From positions 117,888-181,887 of the forward strand of contig CAZSOS010000001.1 in the NCBI GenBank assembly GCA_964608605.1: a stretch of 64,000 nt of DNA. Reading direction: 5' to 3'. Numbering within the stretch: the first letter of the stretch is position 1; the number at the start of each line of letters is the position of its first letter. Below the pieces are notes generated by a model, which was not told the origin of the DNA, searched no databases, and worked only from the letters and a program-made list of their open reading frames with translations. Both the position numbers and the translations under genes were made by a program. The DNA comes from an uncultured Candidatus Saccharibacteria bacterium (lineage in GTDB: Bacteria; Patescibacteriota; Minisyncoccia; Phycocordibacterales; UBA918). Below are positions 1 to 7,892 of the stretch, piece after piece.

Positions 1-1643
1 ACGAATGTCCTTCTTGCAAGGGGGCGAGATTGCGACCGGAGGCTTTGCGCGTGTACTTGGGGGGCGATCCTAAAAGCGGGAAGAACATCGTCGACTTCAC
101 CGACATGACGGTGAATGGGGCCGCTGAATTCATCGCCTCTTTGAAGCTGACCAAGAAGCAGCAGGATATCGCCTGGCCGGCCCTGCGCGAGATCATCGAG
201 CGGCTGGAATTCATGCAGAACGTGGGTATCGAATATCTGACATTGAATCGCCGCGCCAACACGCTCTCCGGCGGCGAGGCGCAGCGCATCCGCTTGGCTT
301 CCCAGCTCGGAAGCGGCTTGGTCGGGGCGCTTTACGTGCTCGACGAACCGACCATCGGCCTCCATCAACGCGATAACGATAAGTTGATCGCCACTTTGAC
401 GAGTCTTCGCGACCTCGGCAACACCATCATCGTGGTGGAGCATGACGAGGACACCATCTACGCGGCTGATTATCTGGTGGATATCGGTCCGGGCGCGGGC
501 GTTCATGGCGGCAACGTGGTGGTGGCAGATTACCTGGATAAACTCTTGTCGGCCAAGAAGAACGAATCTGGCTCGATCACTCTTGATTATCTTCGGGGCG
601 AGAGGAAGATCGAAGTGCCTAAGCGGAGACAAAGCGAAAAAGGTTCCATCAAGATCCGCGGCGGCAAGGCCTTCAACATCAGGAATCTGAACGTGGACAT
701 CCCGCTCGGGCGCTTGATCGCCGTCACCGGCGTGTCGGGAAGCGGCAAGTCGTCCTTCATGTACGAGATCCTCTACAAGAATCTCCAGGCGCGGCTGGAA
801 CGCCGCTATCGCACCGCCAAGACCTACAACGTGGCTTCGATCGATGGCACCGAGTATCTGGGCCGGTCGGTGTTGATCGACCAGTCGCCGATCGGCCGCA
901 CGCCGCGCTCCAACCCCGCCACGTATACCGGCGCTTTCACACATATCCGCGATATGTTCGCTCATACTAATGAAGCGCGGGCGCGCGGTTGGAAGCCGGG
1001 CCGTTTCTCCTTCAACGTCAAAGGCGGGCGCTGTGAGGCCTGCCAGGGTAACGGAGAGATCGCGGTGGAGATGCACTTCTTGCCGACGGTCTTCGTCACC
1101 TGCGACGTCTGCGACGGCAAACGCTTTACCAAGGAAACTCTGGAGGTAACTTACCGTAATAAGAATATCGATGAGGTCTTGCACATGACCATCGAGGAGG
1201 CGCACGTGTTCTTCAATGACGTGCCGGCCATCGCCGAGCGCCTAAAGAGCTTGCTCGACGTGGGCTTGGGTTATTTGGAGCTGGGTCAAAGCGCCACCAC
1301 GCTCTCCGGCGGCGAGGCGCAGCGCGTGAAGATCGCTTCCGAGTTGTATCGCCCGCACACGCAGAAAACCATCTATCTGCTGGATGAGCCGACCATCGGC
1401 CTCCACTACGAAGATGTGAAGAAGCTGATCGAAATTCTGCAGGAATTGGTCAATCGCGGCAACACGGTGATGGTGATCGAGCACAATCTCGACCTGGTGA
1501 AGTCGGCCGACCATATCCTCGATATCGGTCCGGAAGGCGGCGAGGGTGGCGGCAACCTGATCGCCAAGGGCACTCCCGAGGAAGTGGCTAAGAACGAAAA
1601 GTCACACACTGGCAGGTATCTGAAAAAAGCGTTGAAGCGATAG
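1..1643 (+). CDS. uvrA: Excinuclease ABC subunit A (UvrA), C-terminal portion; 5' end lies outside window
   Basis: ORF 30..1643 open to window start; two ABC signature motifs LSGGEAQR, Walker B LYVLDEPT/IYLLDEPT, zinc-finger CEACQGNG typical of UvrA. Confidence 0.9.
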   Translation, partial: ECPSCKGARLRPEALRVYLGGDPKSGKNIVDFTDMTVNGAAEFIASLKLTKKQQDIAWPALREIIERLEFMQNVGIEYLTLNRRANTLSGGEAQRIRLASQLGSGLVGALYVLDEPTIGLHQRDNDKLIATLTSLRDLGNTIIVVEHDEDTIYAADYLVDIGPGAGVHGGNVVVADYLDKLLSAKKNESGSITLDYLRGERKIEVPKRRQSEKGSIKIRGGKAFNIRNLNVDIPLGRLIAVTGVSGSGKSSFMYEILYKNLQARLERRYRTAKTYNVASIDGTEYLGRSVLIDQSPIGRTPRSNPATYTGAFTHIRDMFAHTNEARARGWKPGRFSFNVKGGRCEACQGNGEIAVEMHFLPTVFVTCDVCDGKRFTKETLEVTYRNKNIDEVLHMTIEEAHVFFNDVPAIAERLKSLLDVGLGYLELGQSATTLSGGEAQRVKIASELYRPHTQKTIYLLDEPTIGLHYEDVKKLIEILQELVNRGNTVMVIEHNLDLVKSADHILDIGPEGGEGGGNLIAKGTPEEVAKNEKSHTGRYLKKALKR

Positions 1644-1653
1644 GCAGAGTCCG

Positions 1654-1662
1654 TGTTATAAT
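1654..1662 (+). promoter_or_regulatory. extended -10 box TGtTATAAT upstream of small ORF 1703
   Basis: gtgTTATAATct; identical 12-mer also at 3721 (ddl). Confidence 0.4.
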
Positions 1663-1702
1663 CTGTTTTTAGGAAGTTCCAAAGCAGGAGAGGGGTGTCG
1701 TC

Positions 1703-1891
1703 ATGAATGTCGAGAACCAGCGTCAACAAAGCCTGATCCATATCATCGAGGAGTATCTAAGCCGGTTAGCCGTTTACGGTCTGACCGAGACAGATCGAGT
1801 CGATATTCTGCGGGAGCATGTCGCGGCTTCGCAGCTCGCGCCCGATGACTTTCTCGATGAGGTAGCCAAGGTGAGGGGTTTGGCCGCTTGA
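1703..1891 (+). CDS. hypothetical small protein (62 aa)
   Basis: ORF with AGGAGAGG Shine-Dalgarno ~10 nt upstream; no recognisable domain. Confidence 0.4.
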   Translation: MNVENQRQQSLIHIIEEYLSRLAVYGLTETDRVDILREHVAASQLAPDDFLDEVAKVRGLAA

Positions 1892-1937
1892 ACCAGTGAG
1901 AGTGGCCGCGCGAGCATACGCGCGGCCAAGCTATTTT

Positions 1938-3293
1938 ATGACCAAAGAAGCCTTACAAAAAAAGAAGCTGCCTGACGCACCCGGGGTGTACTTTTTTCTG
2001 GGTGCCCGGAAAGAGATACTCTATATCGGCAAGGCCACTTCACTACGCAATCGGGTGCGCAGCTACTTCGCGCCGGACATCAAGGACAAACGCTCGGCCC
2101 TGATCGAAAAGATGGTGTCGGAGGCTAAGAGTGTAGAGTCGACCGTGACCGACTCGGTCTTGGAGGCGCTCATCCTCGAAACCAACCTCATTCGCACCCA
2201 CAAGCCAAGGTACAACACCATCTCCAAGGACGATAAGAGCTACAACCACCTCATCATCACCGATGAGGAGTGGCCGCGGGTTTTGGTGGTGCGCGGCAAA
2301 GACCTTGATGGTTATACCAGTCTGACTAGTATAAGAAATAATGTAAATACTAGTCAGACTGGTATAAGCTATCACTTCGGTCCGTTTCCAAACGGCCAGC
2401 TATTTCGCGAGGCGCTGAAGATCGTGCGTCGCCTGTTCCAGTTTTATGATACCAAAGAGCCGGTGGGCACGGAAAAGTCGAAACTAGTACGCGGCAAGAT
2501 CGACTTCAATCGGCAGATCGGCCTTTACCCCCACACCAACTTTTCCGTAGCGCCGGAGGCGCGTCAGTCTTCAAAGAAGACTGACAACGGAAAAGTTGGT
2601 GTGGGGGTGTACCTGAGCGAAGTCACGCAGGCGAAGAAGGACTATCAACGTACCATCCGCTATATCCGACTTTTCTTTGAAGGCAAGAAAGGACAGATCA
2701 TCAAAGAGTTAGAGAAAGAGATGAACGCCTTGGCCAAGGAAGAAAGGTTCGAGGAGGCTAACGTCATCAAGAAGAAGGTGTTCGCGTTGCAGCACATTCA
2801 GGACATCGCCCTTATCAAGGATGAGAGCCGCGTCTATCGCGACGAGAATTCTGTACGCATCGAGGCCTACGACGTGGCGCATCTTTATGGCAGCGACATG
2901 GTCGGCGTGATGACCGTGGTCGAAGGCGGGGAAATGAAGCGCTCTGAATACCGCAAGTTCAAGATAGAGAGCGTTACCGGATCGAACGACCCGGCGGCTT
3001 TGCGCGAGGTGTTGGAGCGCCGCCTGCATCACGTGGAGTGGCCCTTTCCACAGATCATCGCGGTCGATGGTTCGACGGCGCAGAAGAACGTAGCCGAACG
3101 GGTGCTTAGAAAGCGCGGACTGATGATACCGGTGGTGGCGGTCGTCAAAGACGACCGCCACCGTCCCGTCCGCGTCCTCGGCCCGGCCTCGCTTCTCAAA
3201 AAACACCACGACGCTATTCTCTTGGCGAACGCCGAGGCCCACCGATTCTCTATCGGTTTCCACCGTGAGCGACGCGGGCGGAGGTTAGGGTAG
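1938..3293 (+). CDS. uvrC: Excinuclease ABC subunit C (UvrC), GIY-YIG plus endonuclease domain, lacking C-terminal HhH; carries two in-frame palindromic insertions
   Basis: PGVYFF...YIGKATSLRNRVRSYF GIY-YIG motif, FGPFPNG, C-terminal EAHRFSIGFHRERR; ATG 1938 preferred over GTG 1896 by alignment to UvrC N-termini. Confidence 0.85.
   Translation: MTKEALQKKKLPDAPGVYFFLGARKEILYIGKATSLRNRVRSYFAPDIKDKRSALIEKMVSEAKSVESTVTDSVLEALILETNLIRTHKPRYNTISKDDKSYNHLIITDEEWPRVLVVRGKDLDGYTSLTSIRNNVNTSQTGISYHFGPFPNGQLFREALKIVRRLFQFYDTKEPVGTEKSKLVRGKIDFNRQIGLYPHTNFSVAPEARQSSKKTDNGKVGVGVYLSEVTQAKKDYQRTIRYIRLFFEGKKGQIIKELEKEMNALAKEERFEEANVIKKKVFALQHIQDIALIKDESRVYRDENSVRIEAYDVAHLYGSDMVGVMTVVEGGEMKRSEYRKFKIESVTGSNDPAALREVLERRLHHVEWPFPQIIAVDGSTAQKNVAERVLRKRGLMIPVVAVVKDDRHRPVRVLGPASLLKKHHDAILLANAEAHRFSIGFHRERRGRRLG
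2312..2368. repeat. Palindromic element type 1, copy A, in-frame within uvrC
   Basis: TTATACCAGTCTGACTAGTAT ... ATACTAGTCAGACTGGTATAA; ~20-bp perfect inverted repeat around AT-rich 14-nt loop; near-identical copy at 13028-13078. Confidence 0.85.
2526..2609. repeat. Palindromic element type 2, nested inverted repeats, in-frame within uvrC
   Basis: ACCCCCACACCAACTTTTCCGT (2527-2548) perfectly complementary to ACGGAAAAGTTGGTGTGGGGGT (2587-2608); inner palindrome GTCAGTCTTCaaaGAAGACTGAC (2563-2585). Confidence 0.8.
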
Positions 3294-3302
3294 GTGTATA
3301 AT
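3294..3302 (+). promoter_or_regulatory. extended -10 box TGtATAAT upstream of 3330 ORF
   Basis: gtgTATAATgg immediately after uvrC stop. Confidence 0.35.
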
Positions 3303-3329
3303 GGTTTTATCATTTAACTTGCCCTCCGT

Positions 3330-3641
3330 ATGATTTTGTCCTCACAAAGTCCTGTGGTAGAAAAACACTATTTATTTGTATCTATTCTACTTGGTCTCAT
3401 AGGTTTTGCTGCGGGCGATACGTGGTTTCGTACATACATATTTGAACTCAATTGGATTTTTGTCATAGCAGGTTTAGCCGGTACGATTAGTTTTCTTCTT
3501 GGGCTACGAGGATTGCTTAAAACCAAATATACAATCTTAGGTTTAATAAGCATCCTTCTTTCGGTGTACGGTGCGTTAGTTCCGGTTGTGTACGTTATAT
3601 TTTGGTTTGCGATTATAGTTTCGTCAGTCCTTCAGTACTAA
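3330..3641 (+). CDS. small hydrophobic membrane protein (103 aa), AT-rich locus
   Basis: ORF with 3 predicted TM helices by hydrophobicity; local AT-rich composition. Confidence 0.45.
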   Translation: MILSSQSPVVEKHYLFVSILLGLIGFAAGDTWFRTYIFELNWIFVIAGLAGTISFLLGLRGLLKTKYTILGLISILLSVYGALVPVVYVIFWFAIIVSSVLQY

Positions 3642-3719
3642 GCCACTAAATCACTCGCTCGGTAGTATATACGTCATTGAAAACTTGAGTAATTCTCATA
3701 ACTTTTAATTTGAGCGGAG

Positions 3720-3728
3720 TGTTATAAT
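3720..3728 (+). promoter_or_regulatory. extended -10 box TGtTATAAT 6 nt upstream of ddl ATG (leaderless arrangement)
   Basis: gtgTTATAATctccgtATG. Confidence 0.5.
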
Positions 3729-3734
3729 CTCCGT

Positions 3735-4697
3735 ATGAAAAACCTGCGGGTAGCGGTGCTTCGCGGCGGGCCGAGCGACGAGTATGACGTCTCGATGATG
3801 ACCGGCAGCGAGGTCATAGCTTCGCTCCGACGCCAAGGCGTCGATGTCGTCGACGTGATCATCAATAAGAAGGGTGAGTGGATGGTTCATGGCTTCATGA
3901 CCGAGCCCAAAGCTTTGGCGGTAGTGGCCGACGTGGCTTTCGTGGCGCTGCACGGGCAGTACGGTGAGGACGGCACGGTCCAACGTATCTTAGACAATGC
4001 CGGCATGCCTTATACCGGCAGCCGTGCGTATCCTTCGGCTTTGACGATGAATAAGATCCTTACTAAGGACGTGTTGCGCGCGGCCGGCGTGAAGACTCCG
4101 CCGCACTTGCGCGTCACTCGCGCCTCGACCGACGTGCGCCGCGTGGCCACCACCATCGAGTCGCTCTTTGGTCCCACCTACATAGTGAAGCCGATTAACA
4201 GCGGTTCGTCCGTTTCCACCTATAAGGCTAGCGGCGTGCACGAGCTGGTGCGCGCGCTCGCGAGCGCGCTTCGAGATCGCGATGAGGTCTTGGTGGAAAA
4301 ATACATCAAGGGTCGGGAGGCCACCGTGGGCGTGGTCGAAGGGCTGCGAGGGGAGTCGTTGTATCGCTTGCCGACGGTGGAGATCATACCACCGGCCTCG
4401 CACGGGTTCTTCGACCGCGACGTGAAGTACAACGGTGCCACCGAAGAGATATGTCCGGGCCGGTTCTCTCGTCAGGAAAAGCAAGATCTGGAGGAGGCCG
4501 CTTTAAAGGCTCACGGACTGCTCGGACTTTCACACTATTCTCGCAGTGACTTCATGGTCGCTGATGATGGTATCTATTTCCTGGAGACCAACACTTTGCC
4601 CGGACTCACGCGCGAATCACTGATCCCGAAAGCTTTGGCCGCTGTCGGACATTCTTATGACGACTTCATCATGCATCTCATCGAACGCGCGCGATGA
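3735..4697 (+). CDS. ddl: D-alanine--D-alanine ligase
   Basis: ATP-grasp family; N-terminal VAVLRGGPSDEYDVS, C-terminal FLETNTLPGLT motif characteristic of Ddl. Confidence 0.9.
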   Translation: MKNLRVAVLRGGPSDEYDVSMMTGSEVIASLRRQGVDVVDVIINKKGEWMVHGFMTEPKALAVVADVAFVALHGQYGEDGTVQRILDNAGMPYTGSRAYPSALTMNKILTKDVLRAAGVKTPPHLRVTRASTDVRRVATTIESLFGPTYIVKPINSGSSVSTYKASGVHELVRALASALRDRDEVLVEKYIKGREATVGVVEGLRGESLYRLPTVEIIPPASHGFFDRDVKYNGATEEICPGRFSRQEKQDLEEAALKAHGLLGLSHYSRSDFMVADDGIYFLETNTLPGLTRESLIPKALAAVGHSYDDFIMHLIERAR

Positions 4698-4752
4698 TTT
4701 ATGCACATGTTTCATCTGGACCGACCGAACGCTTCGTCTCATAATGGAATGA

Positions 4753-5397
4753 ATGAAGGAGACAACTACTAAAGAGAAGAAGAGCGTGACCACGAAGAAG
4801 CCGCGAGTTAGATCGGCCAAAGTGACTAGAGCAGAAGCGGCACCGGCTCACCAGGGCTCAAAAGGTGAGAATGAGAAAGCTATTCTGATATCGCTAGCTT
4901 ATCTGATCGGATTCTTGACGGCCTACATCGCCTTTTCTCTTAACGGCGGTACCACGGTCGAACATCAAAGATTGGCCGAGCATCGCCCTTATGCCCTGGC
5001 CGGATCCGAACAAGTAGCGGCGGCTAGTGGACGGGTCGGCATCCATAATGACGACGAGGGATTGTTCGTGGTCAATCATGGCCGTGAGCGCATCATCAGC
5101 GCCAAAATGAACGCTAGCGAATATGAACCAGGTTTTCACCGCGGCATCGCTTCCACCGCGGTATCGGGTGACGATAACTTCGTCCATTATTGCGCCATGA
5201 TGACGGTCTCGGATGATCAGTGTTCGCACTTCGTCTACGTGGTCGACGAGGACAAGGTCTATCGCGTGTCTCACGCTGGCGCGCCTCTCATTACCTCGAC
5301 CAACGAAGCTATGAACGCCGCCTGGTCCGACATCAATCTTCTCAGTGTTGGCGACCGAGTATCCGTGAACGCGGCCACCCCTTGGATCCTGGAGTGA
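4753..5397 (+). CDS. hypothetical membrane-anchored protein (Lys-rich N-terminus, one TM helix)
   Basis: ORF; no recognised domain. Confidence 0.45.
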   Translation: MKETTTKEKKSVTTKKPRVRSAKVTRAEAAPAHQGSKGENEKAILISLAYLIGFLTAYIAFSLNGGTTVEHQRLAEHRPYALAGSEQVAAASGRVGIHNDDEGLFVVNHGRERIISAKMNASEYEPGFHRGIASTAVSGDDNFVHYCAMMTVSDDQCSHFVYVVDEDKVYRVSHAGAPLITSTNEAMNAAWSDINLLSVGDRVSVNAATPWILE

Positions 5398-5445
5398 ATC
5401 CTTTGACTTTAAGGACATAAATCAGTAATATAGCGAGGTTCAAAA

Positions 5446-5518
5446 GGGCCCTTAGCTCATTTGGTAGAGCGTCGGTTTTGCACTCCGAAGGCGAGCGGTT
5501 CGAATCCGCTAGGGTCCA
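5446..5518 (+). tRNA. tRNA-Ala (anticodon UGC)
   Basis: cloverleaf folded by hand: acceptor GGGCCCT/AGGGTCC with G3:U70 alanine identity pair, D-arm GCTC-ATTTGGTA-GAGC, anticodon loop TTTGCAC, T-arm AGCGG-TTCGAAT-CCGCT, discriminator A; no encoded CCA. Confidence 0.9.
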
Positions 5519-5526
5519 CAGCGACT

Positions 5527-5555
5527 AAAAAACGACGCCTGCGCGTCGTTTTTTT
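5527..5555. terminator. rho-independent terminator hairpin after tRNA-Ala
   Basis: AAAAAACGACGCctGCGTCGTTTTTTT. Confidence 0.7.
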
Positions 5556-5556
5556 G

Positions 5557-5640
5557 TACGCCGTGGAAGCCGGAGCGATGTTTTTGTTTGAGCGAAGCGA
5601 AAGGCAAAAACCGCGAGGCGGGGTCGCAAAATTTTTCCGT
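5557..5640. repeat. Dispersed modular intergenic repeat, copy 1
   Basis: motifs GGAAGCCGGAGCGAT, GAGCGAAGCGAAAGGCAAAAACCGCG, CCGCGAGGCGGG shared with 5694-5790 and 54500-54625. Confidence 0.6.
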
Positions 5641-5693
5641 CAGGAAAAATATTTGTGACCACAAGTAAAAACAGCCCTTGTGGGCTACTTTTC

Positions 5694-5790
5694 ATAAGCC
5701 ATGGAAGCCGGAGCGTTAGCGAACGATTCTGCATAGTGATTCGTGGCCACGAATACGAAAGGCAAAACCCGCGCCGGTAGGCGCGGGTTC
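5694..5790. repeat. Dispersed modular intergenic repeat, copy 2 (overlaps 3' end of minus-strand ORF 5716..6216)
   Basis: GGAAGCCGGAGCGTT ... CGAAAGGCAAAACCCGCG. Confidence 0.6.
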
Positions 5791-6216
5791 AAGACGCAAG
5801 GTGGCGTCCATGATCTCTTCCATGAACTCTCTCTTTCCCACGGGATTCGGTAGGAACACGCAGAAGAAACGAAATTCATTCACTGGCCGTCCGAAAGAAT
5901 TCACTTCCGGCTGACGGCAGACATGGGCGCGGCCGTCAGGCGTATCGACGTAATACTTCTTCGCTTTGTCGGTATAGTGCCATTTTGAATCATCAGGCAG
6001 CAGGACTCGCGCGCCTCCGATGCCCAGGTCTTTGAAGTCCGCGACCGGGCCGCAGTCGTTGTTCTCTTTGTCGCAGCAGCCCCAGATACCAAGTTTTTCT
6101 TGGATGGTCTGGTACCAGTGGTGGAAGTGATGATGGCCGGGAGCCACGTACTTTTCTTCGCTATTGGCGGCATAGATGCCGGCGAGCAGGAACAGAATGG
6201 CTGAAAGCGTTCGCAT
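5716..6216 (-). CDS. hypothetical secreted protein with signal peptide (166 aa)
   Basis: N-terminal MRTLSAILFLLAGIYAANS signal-like; His/Cys-containing; C-terminal 20 aa encoded by repeat copy 2 so true 3' end uncertain. Confidence 0.5.
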   Translation of the reverse strand: MRTLSAILFLLAGIYAANSEEKYVAPGHHHFHHWYQTIQEKLGIWGCCDKENNDCGPVADFKDLGIGGARVLLPDDSKWHYTDKAKKYYVDTPDGRAHVCRQPEVNSFGRPVNEFRFFCVFLPNPVGKREFMEEIMDATLRLEPAPTGAGFAFRIRGHESLCRIVR

Positions 6217-6287
6217 TTCACCCTCCTTTCTGAGGTTCTAGGCGCAGACTATCATCGGGCAACGCTGATTTCAAGCTAGCGGAACGC

Positions 6288-6875
6288 TCACCCCCGAGCG
6301 GTCTTCAAAGCCTTGGTCCACCATCGGAGCTGCTCGATCATCGACTTGGCTTTTTCATCATAGGAATCGAAGAGCTCCTTGGCGTCAGCCTGACCGAAGT
6401 AGACGGGGAAGTAGCGTTCGCCGTTCATGTGGATGGCTTCCCGGATCGGGGCCATCTGCAGTTCGATGGCCGAAAGCCGCAGCTGCTCGACCGCTCGCGC
6501 GCCGCCGACCGAGCCATAGCTCACGAAGGCAACTGGCTTCTGGTTCCATTCTTGATATACCCAATCAAGAGCGTTCTTGATGACCGCGGAAGGACCGTGG
6601 TTATATTCCGGAGTTACTAGTACGTAAGCGTCGCCTTCGGTTATCTTCCCGGTAAAGCGGGCGACCGCCTCGTCTGCGTAGGGCGCGGTCTTCATGGATG
6701 GAGAAACAGCTTCGTTAAAGAAGGGCATCTCGTAGTCCTTGAGGTCGAGGATCTCGGCGTCGATATCTTCGAACTTGGATAATTCGCCGGCGATCCATTC
6801 GGCCGCTTTGAGGCTGAAGCGACCTTCGCGGGTGCTGCCAGCGATGACTTTCACGTTCAATTTTTGGTTTTCCAT
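6288..6875 (-). CDS. NADPH-dependent FMN reductase family flavoprotein
   Basis: KVIAGSTREGRFS ... VTPEYNHGPSAVIKNALDW motifs of NADPH-dependent FMN reductase fold. Confidence 0.75.
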   Translation of the reverse strand: MENQKLNVKVIAGSTREGRFSLKAAEWIAGELSKFEDIDAEILDLKDYEMPFFNEAVSPSMKTAPYADEAVARFTGKITEGDAYVLVTPEYNHGPSAVIKNALDWVYQEWNQKPVAFVSYGSVGGARAVEQLRLSAIELQMAPIREAIHMNGERYFPVYFGQADAKELFDSYDEKAKSMIEQLRWWTKALKTARG

Positions 6876-6940
6876 AAATACATTCTATCCGATGAGCCGG
6901 GTTGTGCAAAAAGCCGCTGGCGCTGACTAAGAATGTTATA

Positions 6941-7786
6941 ATGAAGGCGTATCCATTAAATCATCAAAGTATGCGTGGCCCTCTACAACTTTTTAAGGAT
7001 TCCATCGCGCTGGTAAAAGAAAACTACTGGTTATTTATAGGGATTTTGGCAGGACCGATGTTTTTGTCCTACTTGGCCACTTTGTTCATGCCGCCGGAGA
7101 ATACTGGAGTAGCTAATCCTGGTGAATGGCTCATATACTCTGTGCTAATGCTAGTTTCCATTATGGCGAGTATTTTCGTGGGAGCAGCCTTGACCCTTGC
7201 GTTGAATGACAGGTCACTAACAGTGAAGCAAGCTTACTCAAGCGCCTTCCCATTGTTTTGGCGTTACTTCGGGGTCTCAATGATCGTTGGGTTCATTACT
7301 GGTGGTGTTATGCTGGCGACCTTCATGGTCAGTATGATCGTGGCGACTGTCTTCACAGGAAGCGGCCCTGCCGGTTTCGCCATGTTTTTTGTATATCTAT
7401 CTCTATTCGCGGTATTGTCGACTCTGATAGGTATTGCTGTTTCGACGTGGTTCGTCTTTGCTACTTTCGTAACGGTTCTTGAAAATGATTCTGTCTTAGA
7501 CTCAATAAAGCGTAGTAGACAATACGTAAGGGGTCGTTGGTTCGGAGTCTTTGGTAGGATCATGCTTCTGGGCCTGTTCGTGATTTTGGTAGGCGCAATT
7601 TTGGGTGGGCTTGTAGAGCTCTTCTTGGCCAAGAGTGCCGTCTCTGAGTTTTTGGTTCTTCTCATAAATCTAGCGATCATTCCCGTATTTGCTGGCTACG
7701 TTTACCTGATGTATCAGGATGTCAAAGGCAGCCCGACCATGGGCGCTGTCGATCTGGCTCCTGCTTCCGCCGCGGGAGGGCAGTAA
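6941..7786 (+). CDS. polytopic membrane protein, hypothetical (start ambiguous: 6902, 6941 or 6971)
   Basis: 6-7 hydrophobic helices; -10 box TGtTATAAT at 6927-6936. Confidence 0.5.
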   Translation: MKAYPLNHQSMRGPLQLFKDSIALVKENYWLFIGILAGPMFLSYLATLFMPPENTGVANPGEWLIYSVLMLVSIMASIFVGAALTLALNDRSLTVKQAYSSAFPLFWRYFGVSMIVGFITGGVMLATFMVSMIVATVFTGSGPAGFAMFFVYLSLFAVLSTLIGIAVSTWFVFATFVTVLENDSVLDSIKRSRQYVRGRWFGVFGRIMLLGLFVILVGAILGGLVELFLAKSAVSEFLVLLINLAIIPVFAGYVYLMYQDVKGSPTMGAVDLAPASAAGGQ

Positions 7787-7797
7787 GCGGGAAGTTC

Positions 7798-7840
7798 GTG
7801 GGTATAAAAAGGCGGCCCAAAGGGCCGCCTTTTTATACCC
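7798..7840. terminator. perfect palindromic terminator
   Basis: GGGTATAAAAAGGCGGCCCaaaGGGCCGCCTTTTTATACCC. Confidence 0.75.
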
Positions 7841-7892
7841 GCCCAGACTTTAAAAGATCGCGTTTCCGTGCTAGAATGCCGCCGAATTTCTC

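Noticed and set aside
5901-6221. Alternative minus-strand frame (106 aa) overlapping 5716..6216
   Set aside because: The competing frame encodes a protein with a signal peptide and balanced composition. This frame is Ser/Thr/Ala/Arg-rich low complexity.
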